Made by a program: the position numbers and the translations under genes. The notes under the pieces are model-generated. The model was not told where the DNA came from, did not search any database, and was given only the letters and a program-made list of their open reading frames with translations. A stretch of DNA of 64,000 nt from contig CP175956.1 in NCBI GenBank assembly GCA_046116545.1, forward strand, positions 897,734-961,733. The letters are read 5' to 3'. Positions 30,655 to 40,342 of the stretch are shown here, piece by piece (position 1 is the first letter of the stretch; each line of letters starts with the position of its first letter). The stretch is from Candidatus Moraniibacteriota bacterium (GTDB lineage: Bacteria; Patescibacteriota; Minisyncoccia; Moranbacterales; GCA-2747515).

Positions 30655-30727
30655 GGGCCAGTAGCTCATCTGGTAGAGCGCCTCACTTGCACTGAGGAGG
30701 TAGCGGGTTCAAGTCCTGTCTGGTCCA
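30655..30727 (+). tRNA. tRNA-Ala (anticodon TGC)
   Basis: Cloverleaf GGGCCAG...CTGGTCC with a G3:U70 pair and anticodon loop CTTGCAC. No CCA is encoded. Confidence 0.85.
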
Positions 30728-30759
30728 CAACTTCACAATGCACAATAAAAAAATATTAA

Positions 30760-30833
30760 GGGCGATTAGCTCAGCTGGTTAGAGCGCGTCACTGATAATG
30801 ACGAGGTCCGAGGTTCAAGTCCCCGATCGCCCA
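30760..30833 (+). tRNA. tRNA-Ile (anticodon GAT)
   Basis: GGGCGAT acceptor, anticodon loop CTGATAA, T-loop GGTTCAAGTCC. Confidence 0.85.
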
Positions 30834-30837
30834 CATA

Positions 30838-30870
30838 CAAAAACACATCAATTAATTGATGTGTTTTTAT
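30838..30870. terminator. Bidirectional hairpin terminator
   Basis: AACACATCAATT/AATTGATGTGTT palindrome followed by a T run. Confidence 0.7.
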
Positions 30871-30886
30871 TTGTTTTAACTAATCC

Positions 30887-32356
30887 TTAAAATAATGTTT
30901 CTTTTTCCGGAAAATTGATTGAACGTAATTGCCTCTCATCATTTATAGATGTATTTATAAAAAATAATTCATTCATCTTATGCTTATTAATCACTGTTGT
31001 TTTTACATTTTCTAAATTCATTATTGTATCTGTGATTCTACTTCCTCGATAATCTAATTCTGTTATTTTAATATCACCGTCAACTGTATATATTACATGT
31101 TCATAATTTTTTGAAAAATGAACATTATCAAGTTTTTGCGAAAAACGAACAACTGACTGGGTTTGATCTTCATATCTAACTGGTTGTGCTTCAGTATCCC
31201 TTGTTATGTATATAAATATTTCAAATGGAGAATAAAATAATAATTTCTTACCATCATCAGAAAAATGTGCTCCTATTATATTTGAACCTATTTGCTTTGT
31301 GTATATATTTTTTTCTCCCTTATTATATAGATATAAATTCCCATTATTATCATCCATCACAATCACTCTATGATTATCATAGGCAATCAACCTATAATCA
31401 TTGCCATGCCTACTTATATCAAATGTAGTTATTTTTTCCATATTAGATGCCTCTTTTTTATCTCCTCCATACAACAATTCACCATTCATACTCAATGCAT
31501 ATATGCCATCATCAGCAAAATCATACGCAAAAACATCACTCAAAATAACATCATTTTGCAAGTCTTGTTCTTCTCCATCAAGATCCAACCTATATAAACT
31601 GCCTTTCATCAAAAAATATATAACATTTTTTTCTTCCGGATCCCAACGAACAGATTTCATATCATTAGAATTTATCAGTTCAGAAAGATATTCTGCTTTA
31701 CTTGTTTTCATTGAAGCTATAATGTAATCATTACTTTCTAAGTTTTTGTCTTGCACAATGACTGGAATAATCAATTGATTACTATTAGGAGACCATTCTA
31801 TATTTTCATATACGTTATCTGTAAATATTGTTTTAGGAAATACAAATGAATTTATTGACTTATTTTTCTTTGTATCAAAAACATACGCAATAAGTGTATT
31901 TCCCATTTGACTAGTCATTGCAAATATATTCTCTTGTGGAGCTGGGAAAAAATCATCTATATTTTTTATATCAAATGTTTCTTCTTCATATTCATCTCTC
32001 AATAACAAAATATTCCATAATTCTGTAGATAACCCGCTATGTATATTAATCTTTTTTGACCAAGTCTTAAAATTGTCTAAATTTATTTCTACATCATACT
32101 GCCCAGGTCGCAATCCCGTTATAAAATATGAGTCATTAATTATGTTAACCAGTCTTGATTTTGGTTCTTCTCCATTTAATTTTATATTTACGTCTTTCGG
32201 ATTTGTCTTCAATGTCAACGAACCTGTATATATAAATATCTTATTTTTCACATCATGTCTGTAACCAAACACAAAAAATAACACTATGCTTGTGATTATA
32301 AAATATGACACAAAAAGTGTCCAAAAAAATATTCGTCTAGTTACTGGTGTCTTCAT
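30887..32356 (-). CDS. Membrane-anchored PEGA-domain plus beta-propeller (TolB/PD40-like) protein
   Basis: N-terminal TM helix, then a PEGA-like segment (LTLKTNPKDVNIKLNGEEP...GQYDVEINLDNF), then repeated propeller-like blades. Confidence 0.5.
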   Translation of the reverse strand: MKTPVTRRIFFWTLFVSYFIITSIVLFFVFGYRHDVKNKIFIYTGSLTLKTNPKDVNIKLNGEEPKSRLVNIINDSYFITGLRPGQYDVEINLDNFKTWSKKINIHSGLSTELWNILLLRDEYEEETFDIKNIDDFFPAPQENIFAMTSQMGNTLIAYVFDTKKNKSINSFVFPKTIFTDNVYENIEWSPNSNQLIIPVIVQDKNLESNDYIIASMKTSKAEYLSELINSNDMKSVRWDPEEKNVIYFLMKGSLYRLDLDGEEQDLQNDVILSDVFAYDFADDGIYALSMNGELLYGGDKKEASNMEKITTFDISRHGNDYRLIAYDNHRVIVMDDNNGNLYLYNKGEKNIYTKQIGSNIIGAHFSDDGKKLLFYSPFEIFIYITRDTEAQPVRYEDQTQSVVRFSQKLDNVHFSKNYEHVIYTVDGDIKITELDYRGSRITDTIMNLENVKTTVINKHKMNELFFINTSINDERQLRSINFPEKETLF

Positions 32357-32478
32357 TGTAATTTATATATTTAATAACTCCAACTACATAGTATATTATA
32401 CATCATACTACAAATCAAGTATAATGCGATGTGTTATACTTCTATAACAACCAAAAAAATATTAATACAAAAATAAAT

Positions 32479-32943
32479 ATGGATTTTTTTTCAACAAGCT
32501 CACTTTTTACATTCGGCATAATAATTGCAATAGGAATAGCACTAGCACCAATCATTCAAGTTGCTTGGACGTTACGCATATTAATAGCTAGCTATATTTC
32601 ACTTTGCCTTGTAATGCTCATGCCAGATAACTTAATATTTGGAATTCATGCAAACTTGATATATTTTTTTTCTATAGTCATCCTTTTCTCACTAATAGAA
32701 CGAAGTCGTTTTTTTGATGTTGCTAATTGGTCAGTTGGACGCTTTAGTTTTGAAATAATTGGACTTTCCGTTTTAACCACTTTTTTTATAACTTCTATTA
32801 TATGCTTTTTGACCTCATATACATATTTACAAATATTGATACCAAATCCTGAAATATGTACTTTTTTCAATGACTATATATTTTATATAGCTATAGCACC
32901 ATTGATATTTTCTGTATTGTTTTCAAAGAGATTGAGCTATTAG
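32479..32943 (+). CDS. Hypothetical polytopic membrane protein
   Basis: Four or five hydrophobic helices; the start is taken at ATG 32479 after a TATAAT at 32420-32425. Confidence 0.4.
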   Translation: MDFFSTSSLFTFGIIIAIGIALAPIIQVAWTLRILIASYISLCLVMLMPDNLIFGIHANLIYFFSIVILFSLIERSRFFDVANWSVGRFSFEIIGLSVLTTFFITSIICFLTSYTYLQILIPNPEICTFFNDYIFYIAIAPLIFSVLFSKRLSY

Positions 32944-32959
32944 AACTTCACAATAAATT

Positions 32960-32990
32960 AAAAAACACTTCAAATATTGAAGTGTTTTTT
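32960..32990. terminator. Bidirectional hairpin terminator
   Basis: AACACTTCAA-atat-TTGAAGTGTT with flanking A and T runs. Confidence 0.7.
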
Positions 32991-32998
32991 AATTTATC

Positions 32999-33074
32999 TG
33001 TGTGGGTGTAGAGGGATTTGAACCCCCGACCGTCGGCTTAAAAGGCCGTTGCTCTACCAACTGAGCTATACACC
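32999..33074 (-). tRNA. tRNA-Lys (anticodon TTT), CCA encoded
   Basis: The reverse complement reads GGGTGTATAGCTCAGTTGGTAGAGC...CTTTTAA...GGTTCAAATCC...TACACCCACCA. Confidence 0.8.
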
Positions 33075-33168
33075 CAAAAAATTGATACTTGTAAATGAAT
33101 TTAATCTATATTTTAAAATTCACAACAATATTGATTATATAGAAAAAAAATACTTATGTCAACATATC

Positions 33169-34566
33169 CTAAATAGCTTCTACAACTTTTTTAAATTGAT
33201 TTCCCCTATCAAATTCATTTGCAAAAATTCCAAAACTTGCTGCGCCTGGTGATAATAATACAACGTCTCCAACATCAGCTCCCAAAGATGCAACTTCAAC
33301 AGCTTTATCCATTGAATCAACTATTTCAAATGACATTTTTTCTCCATCAATCTCAATATCTTTTTTTATAAGTCTAATTATCTTATCTGTTGCAGTTCCT
33401 TTTATAAAAACTACACCTTTAACCCCAGCAACTATTGATTTAGCAAAATCCGCATATTTTAGATTTTTATCAACACCTCCTGCAATTAATATTATATCCT
33501 CATCAAAAGAATTTATGGCAGCTATTGCAGAATGTGGATTTGTAGCTGCTGTATCATTAAAATATTTTACACCTTTTTTGTCTGCGACAAACTCTAATCT
33601 ATGAGCAACACCTCGAAAACTCTTCACGGCTGATATTATTTTATTATTTGGAATTCCATACGCTAATGTTGCTCCTATTGCACACATCACGTTATTAATA
33701 TTATGTCTACCTCTTAGTGGAGAATCTTTGACAAACATTGCACACTCTATATCTATCCCATCATTTATAAAAATTTCATCATCTTCACAAAATACACTGC
33801 GACCATTTGAAACATGTTCATTTGCAACTGTTATAACATTACCTTTTGATTCACAACACATCAATTTTACGGTCTCATCGTCTTGATTACATATAAACCA
33901 ATCACTCGGCTTTTGATGTATGAATATATTTTTTTTATCAAGTAAATATTCATCCATAGTACGATAGTAATTCATGTGATCTGGAAAGAAGTTTGTAAAC
34001 ACACCTATTTGTGGGCTCATCTTTGCATTTGTAAGTCCTGATAATCTCCAACTAGATAATTCAAATACAACAACAGAGTTTTTTTTGAGAACTTTTAATC
34101 TATCTAACACTGGCATCTGACCAATTCCAATTTTAATAGGATTCTTACCTGCTTTTTTTAATATATGATAAATAAGATGTGAGGTTGTAGTCTTTCCTTT
34201 TGTACCTGTTATACCTATAATTTTATTTTTGCATAACTTAAAAAATAAACTAGAATCAACTTCTACTGGAATATTATTTTGAAGTGCTAATTTAATATGT
34301 TTATTTGTCCAAGGCGCTTGAGGTGTTTTTATAACCATATCAACTTTTGTAAAATCCTCTTGTCTATGTTGACCTAGTACATATTCAATATTTTTCAAAT
34401 CTTTCAATTGCTCAAGTGAATGCGATAATTGTTTTCTAGTTTTTATGTCAGTAGCAATTACCTTAGCTCCATTTTCAACTAAAAATCGAATGGTTCCTAC
34501 TCCACCACCCAAAAGACCTATACCAAAAACAGTAACTCGTTTTCCCTTAAACCATTTTAAATCCAT
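33169..34566 (-). CDS. murD: UDP-N-acetylmuramoylalanine--D-glutamate ligase
   Basis: GITGTKGKTTT P-loop and a Mur ligase three-domain layout. Confidence 0.9.
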   Translation of the reverse strand: MDLKWFKGKRVTVFGIGLLGGGVGTIRFLVENGAKVIATDIKTRKQLSHSLEQLKDLKNIEYVLGQHRQEDFTKVDMVIKTPQAPWTNKHIKLALQNNIPVEVDSSLFFKLCKNKIIGITGTKGKTTTSHLIYHILKKAGKNPIKIGIGQMPVLDRLKVLKKNSVVVFELSSWRLSGLTNAKMSPQIGVFTNFFPDHMNYYRTMDEYLLDKKNIFIHQKPSDWFICNQDDETVKLMCCESKGNVITVANEHVSNGRSVFCEDDEIFINDGIDIECAMFVKDSPLRGRHNINNVMCAIGATLAYGIPNNKIISAVKSFRGVAHRLEFVADKKGVKYFNDTAATNPHSAIAAINSFDEDIILIAGGVDKNLKYADFAKSIVAGVKGVVFIKGTATDKIIRLIKKDIEIDGEKMSFEIVDSMDKAVEVASLGADVGDVVLLSPGAASFGIFANEFDRGNQFKKVVEAI

Positions 34567-34576
34567 AATATAAATA

Positions 34577-36121
34577 TTACCCCTTAATAACCTTACCCGC
34601 TCTTACTCCATTATATTTACCATACTTTATGACTACTTGTCCATTAATTATCATGTTTTGCAAACCTGTTGCATACTGATATGGATTTTCAATTGTTGCA
34701 TTATCTTCAAAATCTTCAATACTAAAAATATTAATATCTGCAATATACCCTTCTTTTATCAAGCCTCTTCCATCAATTCCCAATTCATCAACAATCTTCC
34801 CTGTTGATTTATATACTATAGTTTCCGCATTTAACTCATCATCCATGAAGTCATCAAATATTTTTGGAAATGCTCCAAATGATCTAGGATGTTCCAAACC
34901 ATAATTTCTTTTTTCTATAGTATAACCAACACCATTAGTTGAAATTACAGAACTCTCACTATTAATTCCTCTTTTTATATTTTCGGGGCTTACACTTTCT
35001 AAAAATATATTCACCTGACCATCTGATGCAAGTAATACATCTATAACAGCATTGGGTATAGAACTATTTTGAGTCTTTGCAATTTTTCTAAATGTTTTCC
35101 CACAAAAATAATCTGATCTAAGTGTATGCGCTACAACCGCATTTGACAAATCAATTCCATTCTCCATTTCACTCACAACCCTTTCTCTCAATTTTTTATT
35201 ACGCAATCTCTCAAGTAACATCCTCCTGCCACCATCACTAATCCAATCAGGGAGTAATGTGTATAAAACAGTAACTGAAAAAGTGTATGGATAGATATCA
35301 AATACAATACCTTCATTTTCAAGCATCTCAATTGCAATTTTCATATCTGACCAATTATCTTTTTTCGTAGCTTTAAGGTGTGATACATGCATCTTAGCAC
35401 CTGATTCCTTTTTTATATTAATTATTTCTTCAATTGATTTCAATAAGTTTTCCCCTTCATTTCTCAAATGTGCTACAAATATTTTTTTATTTTTTGCAAC
35501 TATTTTAGCAACATCAATCAACTCTTCCATTTTTATATCTCGCTCATGCGAATAGATCATTCCAGTTGAAACACCTAAAGCTCCATGTTTCAAGCTTTCT
35601 GTTATATGCTTTTCTATAGATACTTTTTCATTTTCTGTTAATTCTCTATTTTCATCGCCAATAAGTCCACGTCGCAAAGTTCCATAACCTACAAATGTCC
35701 CAAAGTTAACAGACAATTTATGATTATCCACAACATCCAAAAAATCTGATACTGATTGCCAATCAACATTTACACTTCCAATGTCAGTCCATTTACGTGA
35801 TGACTTAAGCATATCTTCATTATATATAGGAGCTAATGATGTACCTGAATTTCCACCTATAATAGTCGTAACTCCTTGATATAACATACTCTCAAGTCCC
35901 GGATCTTTAAAAAGTCTCCATCTAGTATCGGATCTATTTGAAATATCTATAAACCCTGGAGTAACCACAAGTCCATGGGCATCAATTACTTCATGTGCAC
36001 CGTCTCCAGACATATCACCAATTTCTGTTATAACTCCATCATTAATAGCAACATCTGACTCATATTTTTTATTTCCTGTACCATCTATAATAGTACCATT
36101 TTTTATTAAAATATCATGCAT
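34577..36121 (-). CDS. D-aminoacylase-like amidohydrolase-family protein (metal-binding HxH replaced)
   Basis: The N-terminus MHDILIKNGTIIDGTGN...VVTPGFIDISNRSD matches the N-acyl-D-amino-acid deacylase fold, but SNR replaces the usual HTH after GFID. Confidence 0.7.
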   Translation of the reverse strand: MHDILIKNGTIIDGTGNKKYESDVAINDGVITEIGDMSGDGAHEVIDAHGLVVTPGFIDISNRSDTRWRLFKDPGLESMLYQGVTTIIGGNSGTSLAPIYNEDMLKSSRKWTDIGSVNVDWQSVSDFLDVVDNHKLSVNFGTFVGYGTLRRGLIGDENRELTENEKVSIEKHITESLKHGALGVSTGMIYSHERDIKMEELIDVAKIVAKNKKIFVAHLRNEGENLLKSIEEIINIKKESGAKMHVSHLKATKKDNWSDMKIAIEMLENEGIVFDIYPYTFSVTVLYTLLPDWISDGGRRMLLERLRNKKLRERVVSEMENGIDLSNAVVAHTLRSDYFCGKTFRKIAKTQNSSIPNAVIDVLLASDGQVNIFLESVSPENIKRGINSESSVISTNGVGYTIEKRNYGLEHPRSFGAFPKIFDDFMDDELNAETIVYKSTGKIVDELGIDGRGLIKEGYIADINIFSIEDFEDNATIENPYQYATGLQNMIINGQVVIKYGKYNGVRAGKVIKG

Positions 36122-36134
36122 AATTTTATTTTTA

Positions 36135-36833
36135 TTAAAATGAAATATTGAAAAATATTCCCCACAGACTTGTAAGAAGATGACTGAATGGAATAGAAAA
36201 AATTGGCAACATTAACAGTGCTAATATGATAAAAAATCCCCATTGCTCCAAAAACATTTGTATTTGAGGCCTGACATTAAAAACTGTAAATATCAACTTT
36301 GACCCATCCAAAGGAGGAATCGGCAATAAATTAAATGTTCCTAAAAGAACATTCCAAAAAATAATCATGACGAAAATTGTATACACGATAGCCCAAGGAG
36401 CACCTGTGACAATTTGTGACATTGATTCCCAATTTGTACTCATCATGCTATACACAATTGCTTGTTTTTGAGCTATTGCAACAGGTACAAAATATGCAAT
36501 TACAGCAGCAAAAAATGCCAGTATAAAGTTTATTGTCGGACCAGCAAAAGCAACTGCTACCTGACCCCATTTTTGCCATCTTAAATTATATGGATTATAA
36601 GGCACTGGCTTTGCCCACCCAAATGCAAATCCCGTCATCATAATCATAACAAGCGGTAAAATAATAGAACCTATCGGATCAATGTGTCGAATTGGTTCAA
36701 GAGACAATCTACCTGCATACTTAGCTGTTTTATCACCCAACCATAAAGCCACAACTCCATGAGACACTTCATGAAATATAATACTATAAACTAATGTAAT
36801 TAAATAAAAAGCTATTAAAATTGCTTGTTCCAT
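36135..36833 (-). CDS. M50 family (SpoIVFB-like) membrane zinc metalloprotease
   Basis: HEVSHG (HExxH) in the first TM helix and LDGS in a late TM helix. Confidence 0.7.
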   Translation of the reverse strand: MEQAILIAFYLITLVYSIIFHEVSHGVVALWLGDKTAKYAGRLSLEPIRHIDPIGSIILPLVMIMMTGFAFGWAKPVPYNPYNLRWQKWGQVAVAFAGPTINFILAFFAAVIAYFVPVAIAQKQAIVYSMMSTNWESMSQIVTGAPWAIVYTIFVMIIFWNVLLGTFNLLPIPPLDGSKLIFTVFNVRPQIQMFLEQWGFFIILALLMLPIFSIPFSHLLTSLWGIFFNISF

Positions 36834-36894
36834 AAAATAAAAATTCTAATCAATATAACTATTATTATATACCATATTTTCTATATTGAAAAAT

Positions 36895-36929
36895 GAAAAC
36901 CCACATATAATTTTATATGTGGGTTTTTA
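36895..36929. terminator. Hairpin terminator
   Basis: AAAACCCACATATAA-tttt-ATATGTGGGTTTTT. Confidence 0.75.
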
Positions 36930-36954
36930 TGTGATTAAGCTTTAACCACAATCA

Positions 36955-37080
36955 ATATTCATCTTCATCATACGGAAAATTTCGAATTATTTCAAAACCT
37001 TCCAATATTTCTTCTTTACTAAGAATATTAGAACCATTCACTTCAGGTTCCATATCGTCAACAGTTTCTTCTTTCATGTA
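36955..37080 (-). CDS. Small acidic ORF (41 aa) with a strong RBS, downstream of the leuB-like gene
   Basis: AAGGAGG lies 7 nt before the ATG at 37080. The product is MKEETVDDMEPEVNGSNILSKEEILEGFEIIRNFPYDEDEY. It is not in the ORF track because it is under 60 aa. Confidence 0.3.
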
Positions 37081-37100
37081 AATCCTCCTTAATCAACTTC

Positions 37101-38270
37101 TTAGAGATTTTTACAAATCATTTCCCCCATTTCTTTTGTGCCAACAATTTTACTCCCACTAGTTGCAAAATCTTTTGTTGCATAACCTTGTTGCAATGTT
37201 TTTGTCACTGCATTAGTTATAGCTGTAGCACCGTTAGGCATTTGCTTATGCTCAAGCATCATGCCTGCAGTCCAGATTCTACCAAGTGGATTAATCAGGT
37301 CCTTGCCCGCTATATCTACAGCAGTACCAGCACCTGACTCAAACATAGCAACGCCATTATCTGGGTTAATAGCAGATGAACACATAAGTCCCATTCCACC
37401 AAAAATCTCCGCAGCACCATCCGACAAAATATCACCATGCTCATTGCCACAAGCTATAACACCATGTAATTTCGACGGATGCGGGAGCAATGCATTTGCA
37501 GAATCAACAAGCTGATGTCTGAGTTCTACATCAGGAAACTCACTATCATGAATATCATCACAAAGTAATCGCCAAAATTTATAGCGCGCCATGACATTTG
37601 CTTTGTCAACAGAAATCAAAGGCAGATTTCTATCTTTTGCATACTGAAATGCATATCGCAAATATTTTTCAATATTTTTACGAGTATAGTATGCGAATTC
37701 GATAATTTGCCTTTCTTGACCATTTACTTCGTCAATTGTGCAAACACCAATATTCTTCAACAAATGATAAAAAGCTTTACTTCTTTGAAGTATCATTTTC
37801 ATTACATTCGATGTACCAAAATAACTATCCTCTAGCAAATAACGAATATAATGCTGTTGACAACCGTCCTCAGGTAAATATTCAGCTTTCAAAGGTGATA
37901 AATGATTAAATGCCTTGTTAAAAAGCATCGGACGAAAATTAAGAAGTAAACCCCAATTTTCTCTTATACCCAAAAGACATCTTGCTTCGGGTCTCATCTT
38001 TGGATACTGGGTTCCGATTGTTTTATCAATCTCAGGATCACCAACTCCTCCAAAGAACAACGTTCCAATTTGAGTTGCTGTCTTAAATGATTCTTTAGGA
38101 AACGTATCTCCAAAATCACCATAAGCCTTCCAACCCATTGGAGTCTCTGGAAAACTAAGGTCTACATCATCTTTCTTTGCAGCTTCTACCGCAATCATGC
38201 AAGCAACTTCCATCGCTTCTGGCGCAGCACCATCACCTCTTACAAGTGCAATTTCTTCTTTTTGCATCAA
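37101..38270 (-). CDS. Isocitrate/isopropylmalate dehydrogenase-family enzyme (LeuB-like)
   Basis: The motif NEHGDILSDGAAEIFGGMGL matches NLFGDILSD...GSLG. Its start overlaps the stop of the upstream gene (ATGA). Confidence 0.75.
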   Translation of the reverse strand: MMQKEEIALVRGDGAAPEAMEVACMIAVEAAKKDDVDLSFPETPMGWKAYGDFGDTFPKESFKTATQIGTLFFGGVGDPEIDKTIGTQYPKMRPEARCLLGIRENWGLLLNFRPMLFNKAFNHLSPLKAEYLPEDGCQQHYIRYLLEDSYFGTSNVMKMILQRSKAFYHLLKNIGVCTIDEVNGQERQIIEFAYYTRKNIEKYLRYAFQYAKDRNLPLISVDKANVMARYKFWRLLCDDIHDSEFPDVELRHQLVDSANALLPHPSKLHGVIACGNEHGDILSDGAAEIFGGMGLMCSSAINPDNGVAMFESGAGTAVDIAGKDLINPLGRIWTAGMMLEHKQMPNGATAITNAVTKTLQQGYATKDFATSGSKIVGTKEMGEMICKNL

Positions 38271-40027
38271 TCTTCCTCCTTAGAGTTAAGCTTAGCAGCT
38301 AATTCAATCATCATACCCATACTACCACCAGCATCAATTAATTTTTTCTGCTGATTAGTAAGTGAAAAAGAGACAATCTCTTCTTTTGTATGTTTTGTTG
38401 AAATAATACCCTTATTAACATCAATATCAAGAACATCTACAAAACATTTATCTATTATTTTGTCTATATCCTCCTGGGACATCGTGATACAAAGCATTCC
38501 ATTGTTAAACATACTTGTTTCAAAAATCCTTGCAAAACTTGGTGCAATCACCGTATTTATTCCAGACTCACGAAAAGCATACACAGCATGTTCACGAGAA
38601 GATCCACAACCAAAATTTTTACCAGATATAAGTACACCGGCAGGTCCTAATTGAGCCTTTTGAGAATCTGTTAACCCAGCATCTTCTAAACAATGCTCAC
38701 CGAAAACAGAAAGTTCTACTTTGGTTAAATACCTAGCCGGAATGATTTGGTCTGTATCCACATTTTCTTTTGGTAAATGAAAAATCATTCCCCCAAATGT
38801 TAACTTTGAACCACCATCATTACTTACTAATGATTTATAATCGATTTCATCAAACGATTTATAAACCAATTCCACAGGCTTTGCAACATTATCAAATGCC
38901 CAATCTTGATACAAAGAATCCAGCAGCTCTTCGCCTGGCACATCTATATATCCCATAATAGCAGTAATTGCTGCAACAGCTGGTGAAGCTAAATGTACCA
39001 TAGCATTTTTCCCCATCCTTCCTGGAAAATTTCTGTTTGTAGTTGAAACACAAACTTCATCTGGCGCCAAAACACCATTACTCATACCAAGACAAGCGCC
39101 ACAGGTTGGACCACTCATATAGCAGTTGGCTTCACTGAGAATTTTAAATATTCCCTCTTCCACCATTTGCTGTTGCACTCTTTGAGTTGTTGGAGTAATT
39201 ATACATCGCACTCCATCACATACCATTGCACCAGTTTGTTGAAAAATATGAGCCACAATACGGAAATCCTCAATGCGTCCATTTGTACATGAACCAATAT
39301 AAACTTGATCAACCTTTTTACCTCTCAAGTTACTAACATTAATCCCCTCATCAGGACTATATCCATCAGTAATCATTGGTTGCATATCAGTCACATCAAT
39401 CGTAACCGTTTTAGCATACTCACAATCATCATCACTATTAAATCTTGATAAATCAAGTAAAGCACTCTCCTTGTCATCATAATTTTCAGAAATAATAGGC
39501 CATAGGTAATTAATGGTATTTTCATCAACCATCATCATGCCAGACGTAGCGCCTGCTTCAACTGACATGTTCGTAATAGTCATACGTTGTTCCATGTTCA
39601 TCTCATCGATGACATTACCACCAAATTCCAAAATTGCATTAGTAGCACCATTTGTTTTAATGGTAGCTAGTAATTGCAAAATCATATCTTTGGAAAAAAC
39701 ATTTTTAGACAATTTGCCTACAAAGTTAACACGAATTACCTCTTGTTTACCAATTGCAACGTTTCCCGTAATTAAGCCTGATTCCAAATCAGTTGTACCA
39801 ACTCCAAAAGAAAGTGTACAAAAAGCACCGTGAGTACAGGTATGAGAATCACCCATAATCCCCACATCTCCAGGTAGAACCAATCCATATTCTGGAATAA
39901 GTGCATGACAAACTCCATTTTCTCCAATATCAAACATTCTGATGTCATGCTTTTTTGCAAAAGTCCGCATTATCCTGCCTTGAATTGCAGTATCCGAATC
40001 TTTTGCAGGACTAACATGATCAATCAT
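38267..40027 (-). CDS. Fused aconitase-family dehydratase large plus small subunit (LeuC/LeuD-like), intact portion
   Basis: MGDSHTCTHGAF and downstream aconitase motifs, then a C-terminal swivel (LeuD-like) domain. It begins at a Met equivalent to E. coli LeuC residue about 60. Confidence 0.75.
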   Translation of the reverse strand: MIDHVSPAKDSDTAIQGRIMRTFAKKHDIRMFDIGENGVCHALIPEYGLVLPGDVGIMGDSHTCTHGAFCTLSFGVGTTDLESGLITGNVAIGKQEVIRVNFVGKLSKNVFSKDMILQLLATIKTNGATNAILEFGGNVIDEMNMEQRMTITNMSVEAGATSGMMMVDENTINYLWPIISENYDDKESALLDLSRFNSDDDCEYAKTVTIDVTDMQPMITDGYSPDEGINVSNLRGKKVDQVYIGSCTNGRIEDFRIVAHIFQQTGAMVCDGVRCIITPTTQRVQQQMVEEGIFKILSEANCYMSGPTCGACLGMSNGVLAPDEVCVSTTNRNFPGRMGKNAMVHLASPAVAAITAIMGYIDVPGEELLDSLYQDWAFDNVAKPVELVYKSFDEIDYKSLVSNDGGSKLTFGGMIFHLPKENVDTDQIIPARYLTKVELSVFGEHCLEDAGLTDSQKAQLGPAGVLISGKNFGCGSSREHAVYAFRESGINTVIAPSFARIFETSMFNNGMLCITMSQEDIDKIIDKCFVDVLDIDVNKGIISTKHTKEEIVSFSLTNQQKKLIDAGGSMGMMIELAAKLNSKEED

Positions 40028-40208
40028 GAAGAAGACTTTATTTGGATTAAATATCTTGTCCTATCCGCGTTTTTCCATGTCTAAAATTGCGATTGGGGTA
40101 GTAATTTCATGACACCAAACCCTATCACAACTCAATCACATATTTACCATCAAAAACAGTTACATGATTTTTTACAGCAATTTTCTGATACGCTGTTTGT
40201 CCACTCAT
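40028..40208 (-). pseudogene. Disrupted 5' end of the leuC-like gene (frameshift plus in-frame TAG)
   Basis: ATG 40208 encodes MSGQTAYQKIAVKNHVTVFDGKYVIEL then a TGA stop. In the +1 frame the region 40028-40124 translates DRVWCHEITTPIAILDMEKRG*DKIFNPNKVFF, colinear with LeuC DRHLVHEVTSPQAF...KTFATM, with one TAG. Confidence 0.6.
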
Positions 40209-40258
40209 TCCAAACCTCCGTTTTTGTATTTTTTGCCAATTTGTAAATGTGCAAAACT

Positions 40259-40286
40259 AAAAAAGATTAACTCTACACGGTTAATC
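40259..40286 (-). terminator. Terminator-like hairpin immediately upstream of the leuC-like start (candidate attenuator)
   Basis: Minus strand GATTAAC-cgtgtaga-GTTAATC followed by TTTTTT. Confidence 0.45.
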
Positions 40287-40342
40287 CATAGCTTATTTAT
40301 AGCAAATGATGTTGTCTAGGTCAAACATCCTAATCAAACAAA

